NCBI GenBank assembly: GCA_944390205.1
Contig: CALXPF010000001.1
Span: forward strand, 1-49,917
DNA length: 49,917 nucleotides
Source of the DNA: an uncultured Alphaproteobacteria bacterium
GTDB taxonomy: Bacteria > Pseudomonadota > Alphaproteobacteria > CAAHEQ01 > UBA3637
Reading direction: 5' to 3'
Shown here: in pieces, positions 7,119-17,376 of the stretch
Numbering within the stretch: the first letter of the stretch is position 1
How the letters are laid out: every line of letters starts with the position of its first letter
Translations under genes and position numbers: made by a program
Notes under the pieces: model-generated
Seen by the model: the letters and a program-made list of their open reading frames with translations, nothing else
What the model was told of the DNA's origin: nothing
Databases searched by the model: none

Positions 7119-9506
7119 ATGGATATTTTTGATTTAGAAGATCTCCCCACCATCAATCGGGAAACGGCTGAGACAGAACCACCTTTTTTAGCCGATTTAA
7201 ATCCGGAACAACGACAAGCCGTTCTGACAACGGAAGGACCTTTATTGGTTTTATCCGGCGCCGGAACCGGAAAAACAAAAGTTTTAACAACACGAATTGC
7301 ATTTCTCATTTACCAAAAGCTGGCAAGACCATGGCAAATTTTGGCGGTCACCTTTACCAATAAAGCTTCTCGAGAAATGAAAGAACGATTAGAAGCGATG
7401 ATCGGCGCAGACGCTCGATCGGTTTGGCTCGGAACTTTTCATTCGATCGGTGTCAAAATTATTAACAAATACGCCCCGTTGTTAGGACTGGAATCTAATT
7501 TTATCGTTCTGGGAACGGATGATCAAGAGCGTCTTTTAAAACAAATTTTATCAGATGCCGGCGTTGATACAAAAAAATATCCCCCCGCCACTTTATTGGA
7601 TATCATTCAACGCTGGAAGGATAAAGGCCTTCCCCCCGAATCCGTCACATCGGCATACAACACAACCTTTTGTGATGGACGGGCATTAGAATTTTATCAA
7701 ACGTATCAACGCCGTTTAAAAGCGTTAAATGCGGTTGATTTCGGTGATTTATTACTGCTGCCACTTCTCCTTTTTCAAAGCCATCCCGACATTTTAGAAA
7801 CATATCAAAATCAATTTAAATATATCTTAGTGGACGAATATCAAGACACAAATATCGCACAGTATCTTTTACTCAGATTGCTCGCTCAAAAAAACAGAAA
7901 TATTTGTTGTGTCGGAGATGATGATCAATCCATCTATTCGTGGCGTGGGGCGGAAGTGGAAAATATTTTAAGTTTTCAAACAATTTTTAAAGACGCTCTT
8001 CTTATTCGATTGGAACGAAATTATCGATCCACATCCCATATTTTGGGAGCGGCTTCCGGCCTCATCAGCCATAATGCGGGGCGATTGGGAAAAACGTTAA
8101 GAGTTGCCGACGCCCAAATAGATTCGGGAGAAAAGGTTATTGTTCATGGCTTTTGGAACGGAGAACAAGAGGCCGAAACAATCGTGGAAGAAATCGAAAA
8201 TGCTCACCGCTTGGGAACGCCCTTGTCGCATATGGCCATTTTAGTCAGAGCCGGTTTTCAAACACGTGCTTTTGAAGAAGTCTTAATGCGCTACGGCGTC
8301 CCTTATAAAATTATCGGGGGCTTTAAATTCTATGAACGGGAAGAAATTAAAGATGCCATTGCTTATCTGCGACTGATTTCCAATACAAATGATGATTTAG
8401 CGTTTATGAGAATCATCAACAAACCCAGACGAGGAGTCGGTGATCAAGCCATGCAATCATTGACGAGCACGGCAAAAGAAAAGCATATCAGCCTTTATAA
8501 CGCTATTGCTTGGTCCGCTTTAAGACCCACTCTTCGAAAAACATTGGACGCTTTTATTGAACAAGTTAAAAACTGGCAACAACAGTCTCAGACATTGGAA
8601 CCGAAAATCCTTTTACAACAAATTTTAGAAGAATCCGGATATCTAACACTTTGGCGTCAAGAAAAATCAATTGATTCCGAAACACGTTTGGAAAACTTAA
8701 CAGAACTTTATAATGTATTGGGTGAATTTCAAAACATTCGTGACTTTATAGAATATGCTTCTTTAGTGACGGACACGGATGAAAAAACGGATGGAGATCA
8801 ACTCGTCGTCATGACGCTTCATGCCTCAAAGGGACTTGAATTTGATCAGGTTTATCTCCCCGGTTGGGAGGAAGGCCTTTTCCCGCATCAAAAAGCAATA
8901 GACGAATCCGGCGATTTCGGATTGGAGGAAGAACGACGTTTGGCCTATGTCGGATTAACAAGAGCCAGAAAACGAGCCTTTATTTCATTTGCCCAAAACA
9001 GACGCGTGTACGGACAATGGCAATCGGCCGTTGCCAGTCGCTTCATTGATGAATTACCCCCTGAGCATATCAACAACGAAACACAAGCGGAAATGGGCGG
9101 ATATCACATGAAGCTGACGGATATAGAGGTCTCTCGTTCACGCTCTGAAACAACATCATGGGGAAAAAGCTCTTTCCAAATATCCGGCAATCGTTTCAAA
9201 AAAGATCTTCCCATCTTTGGATCTCGACATCGTCTCAAACAAAACAATTTATTTTGGAGCAAAAATTCTTCATTGAATGATGATGACACCGCAGAGATCG
9301 ACTCGATGTGGGAAACTGATTTCAATCAAAATTCTGTTTTAACCGCCTCTCGCCCCCCAAAATCTCGTCGCCTCGGGAAAAGAGTCTATCACGAAAATTT
9401 CGGATACGGAACGGTTGTTAAAGAAGAAGGAAACCGTCTTGACGTTCGATTTGATTCTGTCGGAATCAAAAAAGTATTGGCTCGTTATCTGGAAGAAATT
9501 ACATAA
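7119..9506 (+). CDS. uvrD: UvrD/PcrA/Rep-family ATP-dependent DNA helicase II
   Basis: 'LNPEQRQAV', Walker A 'GAGTGKTKV', 'VDEYQDTN', 'GDDDQSIYSWRGA', 'RNYRS', 'TLHASKGLEFD', 'EERRLAYVGLTRAR'. C-terminal Tudor-like 'GKRVYHENFGYGTV'. Confidence 0.9.
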   Translation: MDIFDLEDLPTINRETAETEPPFLADLNPEQRQAVLTTEGPLLVLSGAGTGKTKVLTTRIAFLIYQKLARPWQILAVTFTNKASREMKERLEAMIGADARSVWLGTFHSIGVKIINKYAPLLGLESNFIVLGTDDQERLLKQILSDAGVDTKKYPPATLLDIIQRWKDKGLPPESVTSAYNTTFCDGRALEFYQTYQRRLKALNAVDFGDLLLLPLLLFQSHPDILETYQNQFKYILVDEYQDTNIAQYLLLRLLAQKNRNICCVGDDDQSIYSWRGAEVENILSFQTIFKDALLIRLERNYRSTSHILGAASGLISHNAGRLGKTLRVADAQIDSGEKVIVHGFWNGEQEAETIVEEIENAHRLGTPLSHMAILVRAGFQTRAFEEVLMRYGVPYKIIGGFKFYEREEIKDAIAYLRLISNTNDDLAFMRIINKPRRGVGDQAMQSLTSTAKEKHISLYNAIAWSALRPTLRKTLDAFIEQVKNWQQQSQTLEPKILLQQILEESGYLTLWRQEKSIDSETRLENLTELYNVLGEFQNIRDFIEYASLVTDTDEKTDGDQLVVMTLHASKGLEFDQVYLPGWEEGLFPHQKAIDESGDFGLEEERRLAYVGLTRARKRAFISFAQNRRVYGQWQSAVASRFIDELPPEHINNETQAEMGGYHMKLTDIEVSRSRSETTSWGKSSFQISGNRFKKDLPIFGSRHRLKQNNLFWSKNSSLNDDDTAEIDSMWETDFNQNSVLTASRPPKSRRLGKRVYHENFGYGTVVKEEGNRLDVRFDSVGIKKVLARYLEEIT

Positions 9507-9508
9507 AC

Positions 9509-10027
9509 CTATATATCACAAAAATTCAAATTGCAAGAATCCGGCGTTTTATAAAATTCAAATGTCATTTCATTTTTTTCTTCGGAACAAGCCTCTGCAA
9601 CGGATATAGCATCCACCCCCGGAATTCCGTCAAAAATGACCTGCTTTCCATTCACGCGAATATAACGAGGCGTTGTCCAATCCGAGTTCAAAACCTGCTC
9701 ACAAACACCTTTTGTCACATCACTCACCGTAAATCCGAAAAAATCGACCCCTACAACCTGATAAGTCGTTAATCCATTTCCATTTCGAATATGATCGGGA
9801 ATACTACTGACATCCAAATCACCCCCTCGAATCATTTGAGAGCTTAAATCCACCACATAGTAATTCAATTCTGCAATTAAATCATTCGCTTTTAATTTAT
9901 TCATTCCCCATTGATATCCGGCAATTCCAACCAAAGACAATACTCCCATGATAACCAAAACACCTAACATTTCCGTCATGGTCCGACCTTGTTCTTCTGC
10001 AAGAGGGTGAGTTTGAAAGTGTTTCAT
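9509..10027 (-). CDS. Orphan type-IV-pilin/pseudopilin-like protein (short paralogue of 34514..36331)
   Basis: Short charged leader, then 'G RTMTEMLGVLVIMGVLSLVGIAGY': Gly, Glu at +5, and a ~20-residue hydrophobic helix. The full length is collinear with residues ~23-185 of the 605-aa ORF, including the C-terminal 'C..N.C[DE]I'. AAGGAG SD; TAG stop. Confidence 0.6.
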   Translation of the reverse strand: MKHFQTHPLAEEQGRTMTEMLGVLVIMGVLSLVGIAGYQWGMNKLKANDLIAELNYYVVDLSSQMIRGGDLDVSSIPDHIRNGNGLTTYQVVGVDFFGFTVSDVTKGVCEQVLNSDWTTPRYIRVNGKQVIFDGIPGVDAISVAEACSEEKNEMTFEFYKTPDSCNLNFCDI

Positions 10028-10201
10028 GTCAAATCTCCTTATCCATCCATAGAGGGAAGTTTACAAAAAGATTCAAAAAAATACAACAAAAAATTATGAA
10101 GAGTCGATTTCTCGCATCGTCTTATGATTTTCCCAAATAAACGCTTGCGTCTTTTGGAAAAATTCGATACACTCTAAGTCAATTTATCAAAAAGGCTTCA
10201 A

Positions 10202-11449
10202 ATGATTTTTTCAAAGACAGAACGACTTTTGGCATTCAGATATTTAAAATCTCGCAAGAGAACAGGCTTTGTTTCCGTGATCACGGGTTTTTCGTTTTTG
10301 GGAATTATGCTCGGCGTTGCAACGCTGATTATCGTGATGAGTGTTATGAACGGATTCAGAGCAGAGTTAATGGGACGTGTTTTGGGGTTAAACGGCGAAT
10401 TCGGTATTTATCCCTCTTGGGGATCTCAATTATCCGATTCGGAGGTTTATTTACAACGACTCAAAACCCTTCCCAATATTGAACAAGTCGTTCCGGTCAT
10501 TGACGGGCAAGTGATGGCCTCTTCACCGGAAACCTCTGCCGGTGTTATGGTTCGAGGAATCAGACAAGCCGATTTTCAAAAAAGATCTTTATTGATAGAC
10601 AAATATCAAGGACTTCCGATTGAAGAGCTGGCCGATGACGGGATTGTCGTGGGATGGCGACTGGCACGCAAGTTGGGCGTTCGTGCCGGAGACACGCTCA
10701 CGCTTGTTTCTCCGAAAGGGAACATTACGGCGTTTGGCACCATTCCCAAAATGAAAGCGTTTACGGTTATCGGGACATTTGATACCGGCATGTTTGAATA
10801 TGACGGGAACTTTATTTTTATGCCGCTTTTACAAGCCCAACGTTTTTTTGCCTATGGAGATAAAATTTCCCATTTGGAGGTCTTTGTCAAGGATCGTGAC
10901 CAATTAACAAACACAATCGAATCTGCTTTTCCGCTAATCGGCAATAATGCACAAATACACGACTGGCGCTATACCAATCAAGCCTTTTTTAATGCCATTG
11001 AAGTCGAACGAAACGTAATGTTTTTAATTTTAACCTTAATCATTATCGTGGCAGCATTCAACATGATTTCGGGATTGGTTATGCTGGTTCAGGACAAGAC
11101 AAAAGATATCGCGGTTTTACGAACGATGGGGATGAAAAAAGGGGCGATTCAACGTATTTTTCTGATGTCCGGCTTAACGGTCGGGCTGATGGGGACGATT
11201 GCGGGAGTTATTTTAGGACTTTTGTTCTCTTATAATATTGATGCTATTAAAGAAGCATTGGAAAACTTATCCGGAACCGAATTATTTGCCGCAGAAATTT
11301 ATTTTCTCTCTCATTTGCCGGCCAAGGTTGATTTAACGGAAGTTTCTCTCATCGGAGGCATGTCACTTTTGCTCTCCCTTTTGGCAACGCTTTATCCTTC
11401 TTGGAAGGCCAGCAAGACAGATCCCGTGGAGGCTTTACGTTATGAATAG
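10202..11449 (+). CDS. lolC: Lipoprotein-releasing ABC transporter permease (LolC/LolE family)
   Basis: FtsX-type permease with a large periplasmic loop after TM1 and the conserved end '...[16 protein letters not shown]'. It overlaps lolD (ATGAATAG). Confidence 0.85.
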   Translation: MIFSKTERLLAFRYLKSRKRTGFVSVITGFSFLGIMLGVATLIIVMSVMNGFRAELMGRVLGLNGEFGIYPSWGSQLSDSEVYLQRLKTLPNIEQVVPVIDGQVMASSPETSAGVMVRGIRQADFQKRSLLIDKYQGLPIEELADDGIVVGWRLARKLGVRAGDTLTLVSPKGNITAFGTIPKMKAFTVIGTFDTGMFEYDGNFIFMPLLQAQRFFAYGDKISHLEVFVKDRDQLTNTIESAFPLIGNNAQIHDWRYTNQAFFNAIEVERNVMFLILTLIIIVAAFNMISGLVMLVQDKTKDIAVLRTMGMKKGAIQRIFLMSGLTVGLMGTIAGVILGLLFSYNIDAIKEALENLSGTELFAAEIYFLSHLPAKVDLTEVSLIGGMSLLLSLLATLYPSWKASKTDPVEALRYE

Positions 11450-12149
11450 AACTATTTTAAAAGCACCCTGTTTGGAGCTCAATAAAATTGCACGTATTTA
11501 CGGGAAAGGCGAAACAAAGCTGACGGTATTGAAAGAAGTCGATTTAACCATCCGTTCCGGAGAAATTGTTGCATTGGTCGGCCCGTCCGGCTCGGGAAAA
11601 TCAACACTCTTACATATTGCGGGTCTTTTAGACACCCCCACAAAAGGTAAAATTTTTATTCAAGGAATGGATATGTCAAAAGCCAGAGACGGCCTGCGAA
11701 CACAAATGAGACAAAAAGCAATCGGCTTTGTTTATCAATCCCATTTATTGCTCCCTGATTTTAACGCATTAGAAAATGTAATGTTGCCACAACTCATTGC
11801 CGGTGTATCGTTCAAGCAAGCACGTCAAAAGGCAGAAGCCTTACTGGATCGCGTAGGTCTTAAAAATCGATTAACGCACCGATCCGGTCAATTATCGGGC
11901 GGAGAACAACAACGCGTCGCCATTGCCAGAGCTTTAGCAAACGATCCCGCCCTTTTATTGGCAGACGAACCAACCGGTAATTTGGATCCTCAAACATCCG
12001 AATCCGTTTTTGAAATGCTCTTATCCATGGTTCGGGAGACAGGCTTATCCGCATTAATTGCAACCCACAATCCCGATTTAGCCCATCGAATGGATCGACA
12101 AGTGAGTGTCGTGGATGGGTGTCTGATCGAAAGAGGTCAAGATGCTTGA
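11442..12149 (+). CDS. lolD: Lipoprotein-releasing ABC transporter ATP-binding protein LolD
   Basis: Walker A 'GPSGSGKST', signature '[15 protein letters not shown]', Walker B '[12 protein letters not shown]'. Directly downstream of, and overlapping, lolC. Confidence 0.9.
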   Translation: MNRTILKAPCLELNKIARIYGKGETKLTVLKEVDLTIRSGEIVALVGPSGSGKSTLLHIAGLLDTPTKGKIFIQGMDMSKARDGLRTQMRQKAIGFVYQSHLLLPDFNALENVMLPQLIAGVSFKQARQKAEALLDRVGLKNRLTHRSGQLSGGEQQRVAIARALANDPALLLADEPTGNLDPQTSESVFEMLLSMVRETGLSALIATHNPDLAHRMDRQVSVVDGCLIERGQDA

Positions 12150-15100
12150 ACCCGAGTTTATTCATTTACGTGTTCACACGGCTTATTCCATTCTGGAAGG
12201 GGCTATCAAAGTTAAAAACTTGGCAAAAAAAATGGCAGAGGATAAAATTCCGGCCGTCGGTATTGCCGATACGAACAATATCTTCGGAGCCATGGATTTT
12301 GCAATCGAATGTACAAAACAGGGTGTTCAACCTATTTTAGGATGCCAATTACTGATTAAATCACCCGTTCGGGAGCCTCATCCGATGGGAGATGAAAAAC
12401 CCCGCTTTGATAAAATGGCGCTCATTGTTCAAAATGAGCAAGGATACCAAAATCTACTTCTTCATTTTCGAAATTTTTATATGGGAGAGGGTCGTGAAAC
12501 CACCCCTCATTTAACGTTTGAAGAACTGCTAACACATACGGAGGGGCTTATTCTACTAACCGGTGGGGCAGAAGGATTATTAGGTCGACCGATTTTAGAG
12601 GGACATCCCGAATTTGCACGAGATCTGTTAATTAAAATGCAAGGAGCCTTTCCCAATCGACTTTATGTGGAAATTCAACGGCACGGACTGGAAAATGAAA
12701 CCGCAACGGAGCCGTTTTTCTTAAAATGGGCTTATGAATTAAATATTCCGTTGGTTGCGGTTAACGAGCCTTATTTTTTAACACCGGATATGTATGAAGC
12801 GCAAGACGCCCTGTTGTGTATTGCGGAAAAAACCTATGTGGACGAACAAAACAGGAGGCACTTAACACCGGAGCACTATTTAAAGTCTCCCGAAGAGATG
12901 AAAGCCTTGTTTTCTGATTTGCCGGAAGCCGTTCAAAACACGGTCCAAATAGCCAAACGCTCATTCTTTTTAGCCGGAAAGAAAAAACCGGCTTTTCCGA
13001 ATTATGACTGCAAAGGAAAAACGGAAGACGAGGTTTTAAAAGAAATGGCGGAAACCGGTTTTGAGATGCGGATGAAAGGACGCTCCGAAGAAGAGAGAAA
13101 ACGCTATCATGACCGCTTGGAATATGAATTGGGAATCATTAAGCAGATGGGGTTCCCCGGCTATTTTCTCATTGTGGCCGATTTTATTCAATGGTCTAAG
13201 GCACACGGTGTTCCGGTAGGGCCGGGACGGGGTTCGGGAGCGGGATCCGTTGTTGCGTGGTGCTTAACGATTACAAATATTGATCCACTTCGTTTCAATT
13301 TGCTTTTTGAACGTTTTCTCAATCCGGAACGTGTTTCCATGCCTGATTTTGACGTAGATTTTTGTCAGGAGAACCGCTACAAAACCATAGAATATGTTCA
13401 ACGACGCTACGGAGCGGACCATGTGGCTCAGATTTTGGCCATTGGACAGCTTCAAGCCAAGGCGGTCATTCGAGATGTCGGACGTGTTTTACAAATTCCA
13501 TATCCGGTTGTTGATCGGCTGAGTAAATTGGTTCCGAATGAATTGGGAATTTCACTTCAAGAAGCCCTTGATAAAGAGCCGGAATTTCAAAAAGAAGCAA
13601 ACGCAGATGAAGCCATTAAACGCCTTTTAGAGATTGCTCTTAAACTGGAGGGATTATATCGAAACATTTCTATGCATGCGGCTGGTGTTGTCATCGGAAA
13701 TAAACCGCTTGAACAAATTGTTCCGATCTACAAAGATCCGTCTTCCGATATGCCAATCACACAATACGACAAACATTTTGTGGAAGATGCAAGTTTAATT
13801 AAATTTGACTTTTTGGGTCTTAAAACGCTTACCACCATCGAAAAAACGATGGAATTGGTTCGACAACGCATCAAAGATCTACCGGACATCAATGATTTGC
13901 CTTTGGATGATCCCGAAACATATGCGTTATTAAAGACAGGGAACACAACCGGTGTTTTCCAATTGGAAAGTACGGGGATGCGTAAAATTCTCCATGATTT
14001 ACAACCGGACAAAATTGAAGACATTGTGGCGTTGGTCTCATTGTACAGACCGGGGCCGATGGATAGTATTCCCAGTTATATTGCGCGTAAAAAAGGGGAA
14101 GAAGAACCTGATTATATGCACCCGATGCTTGAGGGGATTTTAAAAGAGACTTATGGCATTATGATTTACCAAGAACAGGTGATGCAAATTTCACAGGTGA
14201 TGGCCGGATATACGTTAGGCGGAGCGGATCTGTTGAGACGAGCCATGGGGAAAAAGATCAAATCCGAAATGGACAAGCAACGATCTATTTTTATTGAGGG
14301 GGCGATTAAGAATAACGTCAAAAAAGAGACGGCCGAGCTTGTTTTTGACAAAATGGCCAAGTTTGCCGAATATGGCTTTAATAAATCGCACGCAGCCGCT
14401 TACGCTTATATTGCCTATCAAACGGCTTATTTAAAAGCCCATTATCCGTTGGAATTTATGGCGGCAACGATGACCCTTGATAAAACAAATACGGATAAAC
14501 TGGCCTTTTTTAAAGCTGACGTTGAAAAGATGGGTTTTAAAATTCTACCGCCTGACATCAACAGATCGGGAATTAATTTTACGGTTGAAAACGGCTCTTT
14601 ACGCTACGCTTTATCGGCAATCAAAAATGTTGGGGAAGCCGGCATGGCTGCCATTGTTGCCGAACGAGACAAAAACGGTCCGTTTCGATCTCTTCAAGAT
14701 TTTTTCACGCGAGTGGATGTCAGCGCTTTAAACAAGCGATACATTGAAAATTTAGCTAAAGCCGGTGCCTTTGAATCCATAGAAAAAAACAGAGCTAAGA
14801 TTTTTGAAAATATTGAAACGTGTCTAGCTTATGCCTCTCAAGCAACCGAAAGTCGTAAGAGTTCTCAAATCAGTTTATTTGGTCAAGACAGTTCGTTTAC
14901 AGCACTCAAGCTCAAAGAAATTCCGGACTGGGGGCATCTGGAAAAATTAGAAAAGGAAATGGAGGCGTTAGGGTTTTACTTATCCGCCCATCCGTTGGAT
15001 TCCTATGAATCTGTTTTTGAAAGACTTCGAGTGGTTTCCTCAGCCGATCTGCCGGATATGATTCGAGCAACCGGAAGTATTCGGGTTCAAGTGGCAGGAA

Positions 15101-15564
15101 TCGTCTCATCCGTACGAGAGCGAATCAGCCAAAAAGGAAATAAGTTTGCCTTTATAACCGCATCGGATAAATCCGGCACTTATGAATTTATGTGTTTTTC
15201 AGATCTCCTGGCATTATCTCGAGAAAAATTAAAATCAGGTCAACCTCTTTTATTAACATTGACAGGTGATAAAAAACCGGATGATGATAATATTCGTTTA
15301 TCCGTGCAAAGTGTTGAATATCTTTCCGAAGTCATGTCCAAAACAGTCTCCAGCTTATTGATCACTCTCGATTCCCCCCTTCCCCTTCAAGAAATAAAAC
15401 AAATACTGGAGAAAGATCAACGAGGAAAAAGCTCGGTTTTCATTATTGCCAAAACAGAGGAATATGATGTTGAAATTGTTCTTACACAAAAATATACTCT
15501 TTTGCCACACACAATAGAGGCTCTCCAAAAATTGTCAGGCCCCCTTGATATTAAGCAGGTTTAA
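12142..15564 (+). CDS. dnaE: DNA polymerase III alpha subunit
   Basis: 1140 aa. PHP domain 'HLRVHTAYSILEGA', 'GPGRGSGAGSVVAWCLTITNIDP', 'PDFDVDF', 'FNKSHAAAYA'. Its start overlaps the lolD stop (ATGCTTGA). Confidence 0.95.
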   Translation: MLEPEFIHLRVHTAYSILEGAIKVKNLAKKMAEDKIPAVGIADTNNIFGAMDFAIECTKQGVQPILGCQLLIKSPVREPHPMGDEKPRFDKMALIVQNEQGYQNLLLHFRNFYMGEGRETTPHLTFEELLTHTEGLILLTGGAEGLLGRPILEGHPEFARDLLIKMQGAFPNRLYVEIQRHGLENETATEPFFLKWAYELNIPLVAVNEPYFLTPDMYEAQDALLCIAEKTYVDEQNRRHLTPEHYLKSPEEMKALFSDLPEAVQNTVQIAKRSFFLAGKKKPAFPNYDCKGKTEDEVLKEMAETGFEMRMKGRSEEERKRYHDRLEYELGIIKQMGFPGYFLIVADFIQWSKAHGVPVGPGRGSGAGSVVAWCLTITNIDPLRFNLLFERFLNPERVSMPDFDVDFCQENRYKTIEYVQRRYGADHVAQILAIGQLQAKAVIRDVGRVLQIPYPVVDRLSKLVPNELGISLQEALDKEPEFQKEANADEAIKRLLEIALKLEGLYRNISMHAAGVVIGNKPLEQIVPIYKDPSSDMPITQYDKHFVEDASLIKFDFLGLKTLTTIEKTMELVRQRIKDLPDINDLPLDDPETYALLKTGNTTGVFQLESTGMRKILHDLQPDKIEDIVALVSLYRPGPMDSIPSYIARKKGEEEPDYMHPMLEGILKETYGIMIYQEQVMQISQVMAGYTLGGADLLRRAMGKKIKSEMDKQRSIFIEGAIKNNVKKETAELVFDKMAKFAEYGFNKSHAAAYAYIAYQTAYLKAHYPLEFMAATMTLDKTNTDKLAFFKADVEKMGFKILPPDINRSGINFTVENGSLRYALSAIKNVGEAGMAAIVAERDKNGPFRSLQDFFTRVDVSALNKRYIENLAKAGAFESIEKNRAKIFENIETCLAYASQATESRKSSQISLFGQDSSFTALKLKEIPDWGHLEKLEKEMEALGFYLSAHPLDSYESVFERLRVVSSADLPDMIRATGSIRVQVAGIVSSVRERISQKGNKFAFITASDKSGTYEFMCFSDLLALSREKLKSGQPLLLTLTGDKKPDDDNIRLSVQSVEYLSEVMSKTVSSLLITLDSPLPLQEIKQILEKDQRGKSSVFIIAKTEEYDVEIVLTQKYTLLPHTIEALQKLSGPLDIKQV

Positions 15565-15611
15565 AATGACTATAAACGATTCTACTTTTGTATCATAAAA
15601 AAAGGACTAAA

Positions 15612-17354
15612 ATGAAAAAAGTACTGTTTTGCTTATTATTGATTTTTTCTTCCTTAACCTTACAAGCCGAAGAAATAAAATTGTTTTTAAATCATCCAAA
15701 CTGGCAGCATCCTTATTTATTAAAAAACAACCGTCTTTACAGTGAAGATCGTAAAAACAATGCGGATGTTTTGTTCTATGATGAGAAAACACTGGTCGTC
15801 AAATGGGATCAATACGGGACGGAGTTATTTAAAAAAACAGGAGATTCATTTTCCTTGGGAGATATTGGGGAAAAAACGATTGAAGAAGAGTATCAAAAAC
15901 TGGAATATTCTTTTCAAAATCCCTTTATTTTAGTCAATCCCTATGAAAGAAATCCTTTGGTAGCCCTTATTCGTTTTCCGACAGAACAAGAAGCTAAAAT
16001 CAGTATTCGAATTAAAGGGATCTCACCGGCTCCCGATATTACGCATACGTTTGAGACGTATGAAACCGAACATTTCATTCCTGTTTTAGGTCTTTATCCG
16101 AATTATAAAAACACTGTTGAAATCACCGCATTATATAAAGACGGAACACAAGAGACTGCCACACATACCATCCAAACACAGCCACTTAAAACAAACATCT
16201 TTTATAGGGTGACGGACAAAAAAGACACACAAAATCATTATTATTTCGGAAATGCCGGAGAAAATAATGTTTATGATGAATTCGGATATATTCGTTTTGC
16301 GTTTCAATCTGCTCGATTTACTTATTGGTTTGATGACTACCTAATCAAGGAATTGCCGAGTAAAGGAATTTCCGTCTATAATAAACTCGGTAAATTTATT
16401 CGATTTATTCCTTTTAACGCTTTGGCGGATCAAAAAACATTTAAAAGTTATGAACATGCCGTCTCTCAGATTTCCAAAAATCATCACTTAATTATCGGCA
16501 CCTTACAAAATACCTTTTATCAGGACAGCGACGGTCCTAAAAAAACCGCCTATGATATGATATTGGATCTGGATCAAACGGGAGAAAGAAAAATCTTCGA
16601 CATGGGTCATATTTTGAACCCGTTTCGCAGAGTGGCCTTTAAAATCGAACCGGATGTGTTGGATTGGGCTCACACCAATTCCGTTCGATATCTTCCCCAA
16701 GATCAATCTCTCCTTATTTCACTCAAATACATCGGATTTATTAAAATCGACTATCCTTCCGGACAATTAAAATGGATTGCTGCTCCACACCTTCAATGGG
16801 ATCGCTCTCAAAGAGACGGGACGGGTTCGGCATTAACCGATAAATTACTTACCGCCGTTGATTCTCAAGGGAATCCTCTTCCGGATCCCGTTCAAAAAGG
16901 ATATATTCGGTCTAAAGAATTTATGTGGCCGATCAACAACCATGATGCTCGCTCCCTCGGGAACGGATTATACAGTATCTATTCCAACAACGGATTGATA
17001 TATGACAAAACCGTTCAGACACAAAATAAAAGCGCCGTTTTAATTTATAAAATAGATGAAAACAAAAAAACAATTCAAATGGTTGATTACTATCCGTTAG
17101 ATCATTTGGCTCCGTGGGCGTCCAGTGCTGTTTATATGCCGGAGACAAATGACTTTTTTATCTATAGCGCCAGCATAGAAGATAAAAATCAAAAATACTA
17201 TAACCAACTTCAGCGCGTTGACACACAAACAAAGGAAGTCCTTTTCAGTGCCCTGTTATTTATCCCGCACAATAAGATTGATGGCAGCTACCACTATCAT
17301 ATGTATCCGATTTCATTTTATGAGGGGATGAAAACAGACAAGGTACCGGACTAG
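15612..17354 (+). CDS. Secreted arylsulfotransferase (ASST)-like beta-propeller protein
   Basis: Signal peptide 'MKKVLFCLLLIFSSLTLQA'. 'NPFILVNPYERNPLVALIRFPT...ISIRIKG...HFIPVLGLYPNYKNTVEI' resembles the ASST N-terminal domain. ATG 15612 is preceded by AAAGGA; the ORF-track start is a TTG. Confidence 0.55.
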   Translation: MKKVLFCLLLIFSSLTLQAEEIKLFLNHPNWQHPYLLKNNRLYSEDRKNNADVLFYDEKTLVVKWDQYGTELFKKTGDSFSLGDIGEKTIEEEYQKLEYSFQNPFILVNPYERNPLVALIRFPTEQEAKISIRIKGISPAPDITHTFETYETEHFIPVLGLYPNYKNTVEITALYKDGTQETATHTIQTQPLKTNIFYRVTDKKDTQNHYYFGNAGENNVYDEFGYIRFAFQSARFTYWFDDYLIKELPSKGISVYNKLGKFIRFIPFNALADQKTFKSYEHAVSQISKNHHLIIGTLQNTFYQDSDGPKKTAYDMILDLDQTGERKIFDMGHILNPFRRVAFKIEPDVLDWAHTNSVRYLPQDQSLLISLKYIGFIKIDYPSGQLKWIAAPHLQWDRSQRDGTGSALTDKLLTAVDSQGNPLPDPVQKGYIRSKEFMWPINNHDARSLGNGLYSIYSNNGLIYDKTVQTQNKSAVLIYKIDENKKTIQMVDYYPLDHLAPWASSAVYMPETNDFFIYSASIEDKNQKYYNQLQRVDTQTKEVLFSALLFIPHNKIDGSYHYHMYPISFYEGMKTDKVPD

Positions 17355-17376
17355 AAAATAAAGAGCGGATAAATAA

